Below are positions 47,801 through 58,252 of a stretch of DNA of 64,000 bases, one piece after another. The stretch lies in the IMG/VR virus record IMGVR_UViG_3300022700_000138. One strand, given 5' to 3'. The notes beneath the pieces were generated by a model. That model saw only the letters and a program-made list of their open reading frames with translations, ran no database searches and was not told where the DNA came from. Each line of letters begins with the position of its first letter. Position 1 is the stretch's first letter. The DNA is from an uncultured virus (IMG/VR IMGVR_UViG_3300022700_000138) (lineage: Duplodnaviria; Heunggongvirae; Uroviricota; Caudoviricetes). The position numbers and the translations under genes were made by a program.

Positions 47801-50544
47801 TTAATGAAGTGTCTATTATTGGTACCAATACCACTCGAGATCTAAACAATCCGTTCTGCCCGTTCAACGCCTTCTATCACTTATTGCGTCCCGCAGATGG
47901 TACGGGTGCGGCTACTATTGTACAAAAACACAGTAGTGATACCTCGGCAGTGAGTAAAAAGACTCCGCCCACTTATGAAACACGTAAAACTCTACTTGAT
48001 AGTATTTGCGAAGCTTTGGACTACCAGTTCTTCTGTAACGGAATGGGTGACTTGATATTCGAAATGCCCAATTATAATGCAATGCCACATGATTTCGGTA
48101 GGATTTTTGAGGGTGCGTATAGAATCACACAAGATTGGATAAAGTCCTCGGTAACGGAAGAAGGGGACGTACCAACTGGTTGGGTTATAACCGGGCAAGA
48201 GTTAGATAAACTTACAGAAAAAGCCACAGAAGGTCAAGTATCGAAGGAAGTATACCGTAAAAAATCTATTTTACTTCCTTGGCTAGCACGAAGAGTAGGA
48301 GTAAAGGTAGAACACATAAACGTAAAAATACCTGGAGTGGGGGCACCGACTACGGCCAGGCAAATGGATCAACTCATGGTGTACGCCGGGCTTTACATTC
48401 AAAGACAGATTGCCCGAGCACATACGTTTAATGTTAACTACCCATTTAGACCCTATGTGTTACCCAACAGACCTCTGTACCTAGTTCCTATCCAGCGGAT
48501 TGGACTTCCCACTTCAGTTACTCACTCCATGGAACCACCAAGTGGAGCTTGCCGTTCCGAATCCACCATGGCTTACACTCGCTGGTTGTTTAGAGACGGT
48601 ACGTTTCGCTTTATGGGCGGAGGAACACGGCAGCCTGTTAGTTATACCAGTTTCTTTGTTGGAGTTCCTAATTATGAGATCAAGGAGGGTACGTTACACC
48701 AGTACGCCGATAACAAAGTGCCGCGAGGAGCTGGTAGTAAGAATTCGCCGTCAACAGTAGCTAGGCGTATCCGCGCTAGTAGCGCATTTGCAGATTCTGT
48801 GAACACCGTTTTTGATAATGGAACAGCTGAGGCTCAAATAGGAAGATCGTCCGTAACCAGTAAAAAAATAACAGATGCTGTGGATTTCCAAAAAGCTGGC
48901 TATCACGTTGAGGAAGATGATCCCAAGGCAGCCAACAAGAAGAAAAAGGCGACGCCAGACGGGAAGAGTTCAGGTGATAGCTTTGCTCGGTTTTACTCCC
49001 CTTGGAGGTATAGTGCCCCCACAGGGTCTAACCGTACGCATCCGTGGAGTGGTTGGGGCTACTTACGCTATTTTACAAGACATTTTCAGCAAGATAGAAT
49101 AGTCAAAAGTTCTTTTAGACGAGACAACCGATCCAGTAGTAGAGCAGGAGATTATTTTCATTCTGGCCTGGACATAATTTGTAAAACCGGCATCAAATGT
49201 TTGGCCCCGGTTGATATAACGTCAGCTATAGCCGTATTTTATGCCGGACCTTATGGTTATGATCTTCGGGACACCCAGTATGTTTACTTGGCGGAACTCG
49301 AGCACTATGAGAAACTATCAAATGTTTCTATTCTAACGAGTGGAGGAGCTACAAAAAGTGGTGGCTTGCGCTCGGTGTTCCAAATAGGACCGATAACAGT
49401 AGATACAAAAGGTACCAAAATTAAAGTATCAAGAGAGCAGTGGAATCAATTTTTAGCCATAACTAGCAATGGGACCAAGTTACAGGGACTTTTTGTAGGT
49501 AGAGCCAGAAAAGGCGGCTTGATTGTAACTGCATATGGTCGGGTGTCGCCACCAAATTGGCCAGACAAGAATGCCACCATACCCGCCAAACTGCAATTTA
49601 TCCACTTGAACGATTTGGTATACCGAGAAGGCAAGGCTATCGGGGTTGACTTGAGGAAGGGGTCGCCGTTACTGAGACGAGGAGATCCAATAGGTGTAAT
49701 TGGACACTCAATGGCACGTACTCCTCACTTACACCTCAATCTATATATAAGCAGTAATCCCAAAAGTGAAGAAGCAAAAAGTATTTTGGAGTCCACTAAA
49801 AAGGCCAACGCAGACTTTTTACGTGCACAGTTAATTGCTGCATCTACGGGTATGAAGTTCGAGGATGCTAAAGCTGTAGATGTACGGAGCCAGAAAGTCC
49901 TGAATCAACCTGTCCGCAAGAAATGGCAGGCTAAACTGAGAGGAAGACTAGGAAAGAAAAAGAATTACACGGTCACGGTAGGTGATTTCATCAACTACAT
50001 GAAAGGGCGGCTACGTTGGAGCTTTGCTACCAAACGTGCACTACTCGCCGGAAAGTACATAAATGTACACCCAGGATTTTACTTTAAACCATCAGAACTC
50101 ATAGATTTAACGGATCCAAAAGCACAAAAAGACGCACGCCTTAGAAGACACATAGACTTCAGTAATACTGCGGGTAGATTCGTAAGCTCCTCAGCTTACA
50201 CACCGAGGAAGATGGTCTACGATCCAGACGCTAGTACTTGGTGCGGGAGTGCAAACCAACGGAAGAAGTCCGGGGATACTACGAACAAAAAGAAGAAAGC
50301 CGCTAAAGATAATCAAAAAGTACTACAGAAGCCACAAGACAAGAAAAAAATCAAAGAGAAAACAGATCGTAATCTGGCCAAGTCGTCCGACGCAGCCAAG
50401 GAAAAAGAAGCCGCTGCAAAAGGTAATAGAGACAAAATTAATGATCAAGCACGGCGGGAGTTGCGTCGTGTGCAGAGAGCACAGCAACGTGCTAATAGAT
50501 CGCACCCAGCGGTAACAGAAGGTAAACCCCAAAGCGAGGGCTAG
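44821..50544 (+). CDS. Large baseplate-hub-like tail protein with M23 peptidase domain
   Basis: Hub-like motifs (VRLFV...VFTGFV...ITCYD; YQFFCNGMGDLIFEMPNY; FRPYVLPNRP); M23 motifs YFHSGLDI, FIHLN, RGDPIGVIGHSMARTPHLH. Confidence 0.75.
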   Translation: MTKPTKKSKVGKGKGETQQNYYKNNRAGTNLGAKRDRGTPSEEHRRRIESNLQKKRNANAIFGQSQEYIRMKSKNVKGSIDAGYCQPTIAAFRHADAKGSVQTNVRAGILGKALCGIDSQLRFTEKKYSNQHNELRLFIEGAEVTKYVEGTVTWTYESTNGMNSLKFVLNNRDNAFIITDKNICSGPKITTGWRVDPRVVRGNKNTRYVPRRNASTVIDETAKYVIYNNKLRIVDPGGKNPEIDPDTGMWLFPLNPYSCVIDKHDSVRLFVRIPHVSGVKVRDKNNKVRYSDLWMAVFTGFVSDYTWDDDPVQGPKHVNITCYDYRGVLERMRVAVPAVGTTTDSSGSKNTKQDGPENDKNAAAPSSGSPAALPSVDGQFLNLAQRVGRLYKQTLGKKYVSSSGMQIPKHAQPHNPYRYMQYGPPAEFAEISNRYSPKGGPSSSAQSRRIGLGDTFLDVFRELAKYNLVLDGCQVTSTPGTLQVEVEPICARKSWEKTSKRLEMPAAQATACIGEILDASIGLYWLTGARYWLKLTGVYKDEVPEIELENDKSNVTSLNEMVKKASTEIGNRTDAAKRGLINQDSIYYKLEAYKKVLENNGTLFATQAVTLYKKAATEAIRFLKFQPKDLSNIGEAFEQVSILSAGAASGAEAVLRAEVLARFFTRKDNSTASAIRQFGREFVQRLESGQTKELVLKTRSLIANLLYTYDYLLKQSLVANPYISSATYPEYEKLIGTGLPGAPTVLRGGLTFREKVTELAQEAYQIMVSTTTSKSYIDRAQELVEPRAQQLIDLAELRKGQSERLENFITARADILKGKIQYYGVEQREQPFRGGKGVISRKLNVYPVSLPVVISRLVTTKKSIRDSKEKAWKDLPKHSRARLNNVFEAQRRAIEQSNAAPGTTAARQLARVYATYVNYEQKRAGIYSDLVASNYGMAHPLMGKTFETAVEFLCTTNTQIAKGTIESIGSYKKGVLDKWNRTVLFGVIGRPMTFNEVSIIGTNTTRDLNNPFCPFNAFYHLLRPADGTGAATIVQKHSSDTSAVSKKTPPTYETRKTLLDSICEALDYQFFCNGMGDLIFEMPNYNAMPHDFGRIFEGAYRITQDWIKSSVTEEGDVPTGWVITGQELDKLTEKATEGQVSKEVYRKKSILLPWLARRVGVKVEHINVKIPGVGAPTTARQMDQLMVYAGLYIQRQIARAHTFNVNYPFRPYVLPNRPLYLVPIQRIGLPTSVTHSMEPPSGACRSESTMAYTRWLFRDGTFRFMGGGTRQPVSYTSFFVGVPNYEIKEGTLHQYADNKVPRGAGSKNSPSTVARRIRASSAFADSVNTVFDNGTAEAQIGRSSVTSKKITDAVDFQKAGYHVEEDDPKAANKKKKATPDGKSSGDSFARFYSPWRYSAPTGSNRTHPWSGWGYLRYFTRHFQQDRIVKSSFRRDNRSSSRAGDYFHSGLDIICKTGIKCLAPVDITSAIAVFYAGPYGYDLRDTQYVYLAELEHYEKLSNVSILTSGGATKSGGLRSVFQIGPITVDTKGTKIKVSREQWNQFLAITSNGTKLQGLFVGRARKGGLIVTAYGRVSPPNWPDKNATIPAKLQFIHLNDLVYREGKAIGVDLRKGSPLLRRGDPIGVIGHSMARTPHLHLNLYISSNPKSEEAKSILESTKKANADFLRAQLIAASTGMKFEDAKAVDVRSQKVLNQPVRKKWQAKLRGRLGKKKNYTVTVGDFINYMKGRLRWSFATKRALLAGKYINVHPGFYFKPSELIDLTDPKAQKDARLRRHIDFSNTAGRFVSSSAYTPRKMVYDPDASTWCGSANQRKKSGDTTNKKKKAAKDNQKVLQKPQDKKKIKEKTDRNLAKSSDAAKEKEAAAKGNRDKINDQARRELRRVQRAQQRANRSHPAVTEGKPQSEG

Positions 50545-50550
50545 TTATTT

Positions 50551-51768
50551 ATGTCCCGTTTGTTCATAAATGAGTACAGCAAGAAGGCACGGGAGGACAA
50601 CGCGCTTCGCCTGCCTGTACGTGCATCCATCCGCAATCCAGTACCTTTACGGGAAGCAGCCTACGTTGATACGGCCCTGGCGTCAAATGCATCTGAGTTT
50701 ACGTTGCGCCACCCATATTTTAGTAATAATTCGTGGATACGCTGCATGCCAGAAAGTGGTACTTCTGTACTTACGCAGGAGAGGGGCGACTCAGCAAGTG
50801 GCGAAATCACCGGTTATCTGGTAGAACCAGGTGATGTAATAGGTCGGATCAAAAATACACAAGAAGACACTGGAATATTTAGAATTTTGAAGGGTGGTGA
50901 GATAGAAGTGATGTCAAGTGGACGTGCCTACGCTTTCTTTTCTGAAAGTGGCGACCTCGAACTAATGGGCGGTCTTATACGGCATGATCTACTACAGACT
51001 GAACTGGAGACAAGGTCACAATCCCCGACCTTTAAGAGGTTGCTGCATTTAAGCGAACCAAGTACTATAGCACACGAAGAACGATTTGGGGTTGTCAAAA
51101 GGCCGCATGATCAGAAACCGAATGCCCTCCAAAAATTCGTACGGAACAATGATGACGAATTCGCTCAGGAGTATGGTAGATGGCTCAACAAGTTTGATGG
51201 ATCGACCTTAGTATCCGTTCAAGAAGGTGAAGTCTACGATTCTACTGGAAAGGTAAAGAAACAGAGTAGTACCAATAAACCACTTCGATATGAAAAAGTA
51301 GTCGGTCATCGGAGTACAGGCGACATTACTTTACAGGTAGATGATGAATGTAATATATCATATATAAACAGCACCAAAGCCAAAGAAACCAAAATAGTTT
51401 TTGGTACCAAGAATACTTTGGATGTTTCAGCAGAGGGCTTGAAGGGTGCATTTACTAAAAACGGGAACGTCAGTTTTAATACGTCTTTCTCACTCCGATC
51501 TAGCAAAGTGCGTGTTAAGTCATCTGATGTTGGGTTTGGTCAAGCACCTGTCATAAACGCAGTACTCGGCACCAACCTAAATAATAGCGTGCTTACCCCT
51601 GGATTTACTGCCATCCTCACTTTTATGACCGTAATGTCATCTGATCCGGCCATAAACTCGGCGCTGCCACAAATCTCTGCAGCGGCGAAGCAAGCTGTAC
51701 CCCTGCTGACAACAGCAATATCATCACTGCCTTCTATTCTGAGCAAAGAAGTAAAACTAACAGGTTAA
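50551..51768 (+). CDS. Putative baseplate central spike (gp5/gpV-like)
   Basis: WIRCMPESGTSVL OB-fold-like N-terminus and beta-repeat C-terminus; follows the hub gene. Confidence 0.5.
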   Translation: MSRLFINEYSKKAREDNALRLPVRASIRNPVPLREAAYVDTALASNASEFTLRHPYFSNNSWIRCMPESGTSVLTQERGDSASGEITGYLVEPGDVIGRIKNTQEDTGIFRILKGGEIEVMSSGRAYAFFSESGDLELMGGLIRHDLLQTELETRSQSPTFKRLLHLSEPSTIAHEERFGVVKRPHDQKPNALQKFVRNNDDEFAQEYGRWLNKFDGSTLVSVQEGEVYDSTGKVKKQSSTNKPLRYEKVVGHRSTGDITLQVDDECNISYINSTKAKETKIVFGTKNTLDVSAEGLKGAFTKNGNVSFNTSFSLRSSKVRVKSSDVGFGQAPVINAVLGTNLNNSVLTPGFTAILTFMTVMSSDPAINSALPQISAAAKQAVPLLTTAISSLPSILSKEVKLTG

Positions 51769-51774
51769 TAACTC

Positions 51775-54183
51775 ATGTCACCAACCATATACGAAGGCTG
51801 CCGAATAGAAGATGAGATATCTACTGCACTGAGTGAGGTGCGTAAAACTTTTTCTAACTACGAAAAAGCGACGGAAGAAGCACTAGAAAACCTGCAGAGT
51901 ACGATTAGTGAACTATCAGGTAGCAAGACAACCGCTTCTGTCACCATTGGGGAGATTTCTACGGACAATCAAATAAAATGGACCGCAAAGGAGCCAGGCG
52001 CAGCCGGAAACGATATAAGTATAGTATACCAATATCTAGGCCCGATATATACAATTATTATTCCCATCACTGCTATTCCCAGGCCACCGTCTGCCGAGGT
52101 GGTGGACAACGTAATATACGTAACGTTAGCTGTGAACGACCAAGGTGAAATAGACCCCGCATATGATGTTGCCACCTCGCTGCCAATTTGGTTATCTGGA
52201 CCGGGCGTTTCTGACTTGGTAGACGTCGAGGTAATTGGCACAGGCTCTGGTCTACCTGAACCTACGGCAATGCTTCCATTTGAAGGTGGAAAAGACAGAC
52301 CAATTACCGACGCAGAAAACGCGGCTGCTGACATTGCTAAAGAATTCGGGCATTCGTCTTACCAAGATATGATGCGGTCTCTAGACATGCCAGTAGTTGA
52401 AAACGCAAGTGACGCAGCCAGGTATCTGCAGAACGTAGACAGTGAGTACCTGATCGTTAATAAAAAATTATTCCTAGTGGAAGGAACAAATCTAATTGGC
52501 TTACGTAGCTTGTACAATGCGGTTCAGCAGAATATACCGCAGATGAAGCGTGTACTCGCACTAATGTCGGATAATGTGCTCATCCCTTACATGGTACTTA
52601 CCCAGACTGTAGAGTCTATCGTATACGAAGTTATCTGTGGAGAGCAGCAGCCAACTACTACGCTTTCCGAGCAGTACTTAGATCTTAACAGACCGTTACA
52701 GACAATCGCGGATCAATACGCAGGCGGTGATATTTCTGACATAAACAGTTACATATTTTGGGTAACTGAACCGAGAGGCAGTAAGTTCAATTACAGTAAA
52801 CTTGAATTGTATGGATTCAGTGAGGACTACATCACAAGTATACTAGTAGGAGAAACACCAGACACATCGCCAACAGGTAGCATAAATGCACCAATGGTCT
52901 GGATAGTTGAAGATCCTACATTGCTCGAGGCGTTTAACTTCACCGATGCAGAAATACACGAGCTTCTACAAGGGGAAGCAGAAGGTATACGTCCCCCTAG
53001 TGCGAATGACCCGCAGGATAAATTGAACACTGTAAACAAGTTGTTGCTGAGTCAGCCAAAGTTACTGGAAAACGGCCTCAATTCGAGGATAAAGAAGCCG
53101 CTCGCTGCACTGCAATCTATCGATATGAGCGAGACAACCAACGACAAGAATTTATCAAAGGAACTGTCTACACGCGGTAAAGCATGTGCACGTCTAACTG
53201 ACAATTTGGATCTAGACATAGATATACCGGATCTGTCTAATATACCCGACATTGGAGTACCAGACATCCCATTCGATGGTCTAGATCAAGGAGCGCAGAA
53301 AATAGAATCAGCGTTTGCTGCACTATCGAATGTTGCTAACTCTGCCTCTAAGTTGTTTGATGTACAAGTGGGGGGACTTTTGAGTACCGCGGAGACAGTC
53401 GTTAACAAAATGCAAAACCTGATGACATTATCCGACAACCTCATTAATAATGATCTCGCAAAATGTGTGCTAGGTACAGGCGTTAAAACTACCGGACCTG
53501 CTGATTTGCCCTCACCGGGTGTGGGGGACGTATCAGGCGCGGCGGTACCTAGTACGGGTATACCGGATCTAGGATTGCCGTTGCCCACTTCGTTGCTTGG
53601 GGACGCGCTCGGTAAATTAAGTGTTGAACTTGATGAGAACATTACGGAAGCTGTAGAAAGTGTGATGGAAACAATTGCTATCCCATTATGTTTGGTGCGT
53701 TCTTTACTGGATTCAATAAATGGGTTTGATCTAGGTGGATTGGTGAATCCCTGCAAAGACGGATCAAACTCGGACGAAAAGTGCCCACCCACGGCTGTGC
53801 AAGAAGTAATCAACAGCTCAGACGAGCTGTCGTCTTCTTTAAACAGTCTGCCCCAAACGGACACGTTTAACACAGAAACCACAATTACAGAAGTTAATGA
53901 ATCCGTTGAAGATTTCTCTGGTAGGGTGGTGAAAGATATTACTGAAACCGACGTGGATATAGACCGCGGCGTGCAAGAAGTAATGGACGATATCCAAAAA
54001 GGTATAAACGCGAAAGTGGAGATAGTCGAGAAGTTCACGCAAGCTATTCGTGAGTTAGCAGGGGACGGTGAGGAACTCGCCAACGATGCCGCGCAGGCAG
54101 AGGAAGAGTACTCGAATAACAATGGCGGCTGTTTTTCTACCTCCTTAGGACAGTTCACGGACGCAATCGAGAATTTCATTTAG
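51775..54183 (+). CDS. Putative virion structural protein
   Basis: WTAKEPGAAGNDISI segment as seen in sheath/baseplate proteins; acidic; within the tail module. Confidence 0.55.
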   Translation: MSPTIYEGCRIEDEISTALSEVRKTFSNYEKATEEALENLQSTISELSGSKTTASVTIGEISTDNQIKWTAKEPGAAGNDISIVYQYLGPIYTIIIPITAIPRPPSAEVVDNVIYVTLAVNDQGEIDPAYDVATSLPIWLSGPGVSDLVDVEVIGTGSGLPEPTAMLPFEGGKDRPITDAENAAADIAKEFGHSSYQDMMRSLDMPVVENASDAARYLQNVDSEYLIVNKKLFLVEGTNLIGLRSLYNAVQQNIPQMKRVLALMSDNVLIPYMVLTQTVESIVYEVICGEQQPTTTLSEQYLDLNRPLQTIADQYAGGDISDINSYIFWVTEPRGSKFNYSKLELYGFSEDYITSILVGETPDTSPTGSINAPMVWIVEDPTLLEAFNFTDAEIHELLQGEAEGIRPPSANDPQDKLNTVNKLLLSQPKLLENGLNSRIKKPLAALQSIDMSETTNDKNLSKELSTRGKACARLTDNLDLDIDIPDLSNIPDIGVPDIPFDGLDQGAQKIESAFAALSNVANSASKLFDVQVGGLLSTAETVVNKMQNLMTLSDNLINNDLAKCVLGTGVKTTGPADLPSPGVGDVSGAAVPSTGIPDLGLPLPTSLLGDALGKLSVELDENITEAVESVMETIAIPLCLVRSLLDSINGFDLGGLVNPCKDGSNSDEKCPPTAVQEVINSSDELSSSLNSLPQTDTFNTETTITEVNESVEDFSGRVVKDITETDVDIDRGVQEVMDDIQKGINAKVEIVEKFTQAIRELAGDGEELANDAAQAEEEYSNNNGGCFSTSLGQFTDAIENFI

Positions 54184-54206
54184 TGAGCCTAATAAGTTAG
54201 GTTATA

Positions 54207-54983
54207 GTGTCGGATCCGGGAGTAGCAAGTATGGCAGATTCAGAGGCAAAATCACGCACAAAAGTGCTGTCCTACAATGATCCCACCAAACTTAAGCCCG
54301 GGATAGGCGAGTACGTAAAAAACGAGTACACCGTTACACAGAAATGGAAGGATCAGAGAGAAGGTAGCGAATCTTACGATCCCGATGAAGATATACGAAG
54401 CTCCAACCCAAATAACCTTGCCAAGTCTAGTCCAGAGTACATAGAGCGCTACAAATTAGAAAAGAAGATAAATGACAGTCGTAAAAAGTCAACACCTACT
54501 TATTACAACTCCGTAGTAGATGAATCCCGGCCAATTTCTTCTGATACAGAATCAGCATTGGCCATTGTAAGCGCTGAGAATAAACGTAGAGCGATAGACT
54601 ATCTGAAACTGTTCGCTGATGCTGGAACATCCAATTCTGGCGATGACTACAATGATCTGCTGCTCGAGTATGCAACGCAACAGGTGGCCAATTCATCGCA
54701 AGCTAAATCGGACATACAGTCAATAACATCCAAGTTTAATGACTTCAAGGATGACTTGTTTGAAAACGTTCCTGTAGAGATACAGGGGGATGTCGTATCC
54801 GGGTTGCAGCCCATTGTAAGTGCCATGGTTCGCGGATTAGGGAAAATAGGTGAAATTGAAGATCGAATCAAATTCCGGGATCGCATAAACGAAACCAGCT
54901 CTATCAAATACCATCAGCAACTCAACGATGGTCTCAAGCAAGAAATGCGCTCATGGATTCGAGTGATTGCGTCATACTTGTAG
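54207..54983 (+). CDS. Hypothetical protein (tail module)
   Basis: 258-aa ORF in the operon. Confidence 0.6.
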   Translation: MSDPGVASMADSEAKSRTKVLSYNDPTKLKPGIGEYVKNEYTVTQKWKDQREGSESYDPDEDIRSSNPNNLAKSSPEYIERYKLEKKINDSRKKSTPTYYNSVVDESRPISSDTESALAIVSAENKRRAIDYLKLFADAGTSNSGDDYNDLLLEYATQQVANSSQAKSDIQSITSKFNDFKDDLFENVPVEIQGDVVSGLQPIVSAMVRGLGKIGEIEDRIKFRDRINETSSIKYHQQLNDGLKQEMRSWIRVIASYL

Positions 54984-54999
54984 CAATAGCGGGGCGTTC

Positions 55000-55506
55000 A
55001 TGAGTTACACAATAAAAGTGCAGGATGGTGACCTTGTTACCGATACCGCGAACAAGTACGTAATTATCGATAAACTGGAAAAATGTGCTCAAGATGTTAT
55101 GGAGTCACTTTTAAACAATTGGGATGGTGACAGCGAGCAATATTATAATGGTTCTACTCTGTATGTGGTTGAACAGCATCCTACTAGATTCGATATTATC
55201 GGGGCGGAAGAGTTCATACGTGCGGCTGTGGAAGAATCGATTGAGCGACTGCAGAACCTGCAAGACGAGGACGACTTTGTAGACGAAGAAGAGAAGATAG
55301 AAGAAGTAGCCGAACTTAATGTTTGGAGAGACCATGATAGCAAGACGACCTGGAATTTTTTCCTGCGCTTGCTCACTGAGAGCGAAGATTACGTTGCTCA
55401 GAATTTTGAGGTCACCGCAGAACAGCAACTACCTGCTAATGTAGCCAACAACATTCCACGTAGTTTCCAACCGTCTACAGTCGACTTCGGAAGTTCTTAC
55501 AAGTAA
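55000..55506 (+). CDS. Baseplate wedge / sheath initiator (gp25-like)
   Basis: IKVQDGDLV...KCAQDV...YNGSTL...VEESIERLQNLQ...EEKIEEV; directly upstream of the baseplate J-like gene. Confidence 0.6.
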   Translation: MSYTIKVQDGDLVTDTANKYVIIDKLEKCAQDVMESLLNNWDGDSEQYYNGSTLYVVEQHPTRFDIIGAEEFIRAAVEESIERLQNLQDEDDFVDEEEKIEEVAELNVWRDHDSKTTWNFFLRLLTESEDYVAQNFEVTAEQQLPANVANNIPRSFQPSTVDFGSSYK

Positions 55507-55515
55507 GAGAACATC

Positions 55516-56943
55516 ATGGCTAATACCCCCAGAAATCTAGGTGAAATCCTCGAGTCAGTACAGGATACACACCGAGATATTGATCCTACAATCGATATTA
55601 CCAAGGGACCAATATCAGTATTGATGTATGTATTCTCTGCAGAATTGACCCGAACTGAGCAGCACAGCAGCTATTTGTCTTCTGTGTACCAACTGGAAAT
55701 TGCAGATGACCTAGATGATGAGGATATCGAAAATCTGGGTAGAAATTATGGAAGAGACCCTGACGCTGGGTCTGTAGCCTCTGTGGTTCTTACGTTTTTC
55801 CGTAATAACAGGCCGGAAGCAGGCAATGACTACGTACTAGATGAGGGTACACTTGTTAGCACCAATGACGGTAGGTACATATTTGTTTTACAGCAGCAAG
55901 TACGGATGAACGGGAATTCTGCTGACACTTACTATAATTCTACAAGAAGACGCTACGAAGTTAGAGGCAAAGCCGCAGCGATTGCAATAGGCAGTGACTA
56001 TAATTTACCTGAGCAAACTATAGAGAACATACTTACGGACACGGTTGGGTTCGATGGGGTTATTAATTTCTCGGCGGCTATCAACGGCCGTGATCCAATA
56101 GGCAAAACAGCATTTCGCAACATGATATGGGAAACTATCCAAGGATTGGATAGTGATATTGTAGGATACTTCGGGTCTACGCTATTAAGTACTTCCGCTA
56201 CCGGGATAGATGATTTTTCTGTGGTTCCCTCGTCTGATTTTCAGTTGTTCAAACGACACCCGTATCTGGCAGAAAAGACGGGATATGATATCTACATTAT
56301 TTCCGACGAGATGGAAGAGGACATACAGTCTGGTACCGCATTAGGTGGAGAGACCTACCTAAAACTTGATAAGTCCCCGGTTTTATCTGTAGAATCAGTG
56401 CTTGTTGACGGGCAGCCGGCATCCTTTACGTTCATTCCCGATTCATCAGAAGCTTTTCGTGGATCTCCGTTGGGAGAGGACAGAGTACGACTAGATATCC
56501 CTTTGACCACCTCACAAGTATATGAGATACGGTACTATTACTACAGTGTTGTATACGATGCCTGGTTCCAACTAGGCGGTCGAAAAGCGCCATTTGGTAC
56601 GGACGTTTTAACAAAACATCCTTTTGAAGTGCCAGTATACATTGCAGGTACTCTAAGGCTATCCGCCATCTTTGACAGGGACGAAGTAATAAATGAGATG
56701 CGATTGTTTACAACTTCATATCTAAACGATCCTATTACCCCCTCACTAACCCGCAGAGTTTTTTACACCACGCTAGATCCAGCAAACTATCGAGATTCAG
56801 TAATCGAAAATGTAGGCGGTGTGTCCGGATTTGACCTTACGAATTTTGTCAGAATAGATGCGGCAGTAAGGGATATTGACGTGATAGAATTTGATGGTGC
56901 CACTGAGTATCCTATCATATCCGAACAATTTGATGTGAGATAA
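55516..56943 (+). CDS. Baseplate J-like wedge protein
   Basis: DIENLGRNYG...GTLVST...GSDYNL...GVINFSAAINGRD pattern. Confidence 0.75.
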   Translation: MANTPRNLGEILESVQDTHRDIDPTIDITKGPISVLMYVFSAELTRTEQHSSYLSSVYQLEIADDLDDEDIENLGRNYGRDPDAGSVASVVLTFFRNNRPEAGNDYVLDEGTLVSTNDGRYIFVLQQQVRMNGNSADTYYNSTRRRYEVRGKAAAIAIGSDYNLPEQTIENILTDTVGFDGVINFSAAINGRDPIGKTAFRNMIWETIQGLDSDIVGYFGSTLLSTSATGIDDFSVVPSSDFQLFKRHPYLAEKTGYDIYIISDEMEEDIQSGTALGGETYLKLDKSPVLSVESVLVDGQPASFTFIPDSSEAFRGSPLGEDRVRLDIPLTTSQVYEIRYYYYSVVYDAWFQLGGRKAPFGTDVLTKHPFEVPVYIAGTLRLSAIFDRDEVINEMRLFTTSYLNDPITPSLTRRVFYTTLDPANYRDSVIENVGGVSGFDLTNFVRIDAAVRDIDVIEFDGATEYPIISEQFDVR

Positions 56944-56945
56944 AA

Positions 56946-58250
56946 GTGCTAGCGTTCATACCTGCAATATATCCCTGGACGTACGTCACAGATGGCATGT
57001 TGGAAGACATGCCTGTAGGTGACTTTTATCTTCTAGGTGATACTACACTTCCTAGAAGTAGCAAACCATCTGAGTTTTTACTCGCTACGGATAACTACGT
57101 CCCGGTATCTTTCTACATCAACGGGATGTTCGCCGGGGCGATGACCCCGAATAAGCGAATTCAAAGAGTAAAATTATCTCTATTTGAACCCCCGACCATA
57201 AACTACTTAACTGTTAGTAATGAGATCGACCCACCTGTTAGACTTGAGGTCGTCGTTACACACATGGCCAAGCATATCGAAGCGTTTGGCCGAGAGATTT
57301 ATGAGTACGCTGGTAGGACTAACGAACGGTATACAAATCTACTGTCATCTCCTTGGACGTCATTTATTGCTGATTACCAATTACCATTTAGGGACTCCCT
57401 TCCAAATATAAGATCACTTAGAATAATGGCCGTAAAAATGGCGGCCAAGTCGTTGTTTGGCGAGAGCGGTAAGACTGGTGGAGTTATCGATCTCGTCTCT
57501 GCATTTACTTCAACCACACCCATCGTAGATCCAATTACTAACCCGGAAGAATTTCAACCTGATATGTTTCAGGTTGTATCTAGCGCTGACGACACAAGTG
57601 GCTATGATTTTCATGTATGGATACCCAATATATGCTTTAATCGTGCAACTGCATTCTCGAAAATAGTTAACAATGTATCTGCATTCGAGCTGTTTAGTTC
57701 AACCGAAAATAGGGTGGTACTAACCCCAGCTGGTTTGGAGGAATACGAGCAGCATTTGTTTGACAATCAATCGCCTGAATGTTCAGCTCTTTCCTCATTT
57801 CTGTCATTAGGGTGCATGGATCCCGTAACCGCTGCGGGGCTGATGCACTTTCTTAGTCAAGTTTCCATATGTGCATACGCAAACCCCTTTGATGGAGTAG
57901 TAGAACGTCCCGGAGTCGGAACAAAATTCCTTGATAGTGGCACAACTTTCGATTCGACAACAAGCGGCCCCCCGTTTGATTCAATATATGATATAGACCT
58001 GTACACAGACTGGTGGATTGGTACCCCTTTAGTAAAGCGTTTCGATTCTGGAAAATGCTTAGATGGATACCCTACCACTGTTATCCTTCCGGAAAACATG
58101 TCTTGCTGTACCGATGCTCCTGATACGGTATTGTTAACCACTATGGCGTCAGAAAATTCGGTAACCAGTCCCGACACACCAAACAACCCGCTGTTTGGTG
58201 GTGATGACCCCGGGTTACTTTCCAATCCATACTTCGGTATGTTGGTGTAA
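56946..58250 (+). CDS. Putative baseplate wedge subunit
   Basis: Follows the J-like gene; GKTGGVIDLVSAFT resembles tail-I-type wedge proteins. Confidence 0.5.
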   Translation: MLAFIPAIYPWTYVTDGMLEDMPVGDFYLLGDTTLPRSSKPSEFLLATDNYVPVSFYINGMFAGAMTPNKRIQRVKLSLFEPPTINYLTVSNEIDPPVRLEVVVTHMAKHIEAFGREIYEYAGRTNERYTNLLSSPWTSFIADYQLPFRDSLPNIRSLRIMAVKMAAKSLFGESGKTGGVIDLVSAFTSTTPIVDPITNPEEFQPDMFQVVSSADDTSGYDFHVWIPNICFNRATAFSKIVNNVSAFELFSSTENRVVLTPAGLEEYEQHLFDNQSPECSALSSFLSLGCMDPVTAAGLMHFLSQVSICAYANPFDGVVERPGVGTKFLDSGTTFDSTTSGPPFDSIYDIDLYTDWWIGTPLVKRFDSGKCLDGYPTTVILPENMSCCTDAPDTVLLTTMASENSVTSPDTPNNPLFGGDDPGLLSNPYFGMLV

Positions 58251-58252
58251 GG

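Noticed and set aside
53286..54179. Long antisense ORFs (297 aa here; also 34658-35338 and 31111-31719)
   Set aside because: They mirror well-supported plus-strand genes and have no recognisable motifs.
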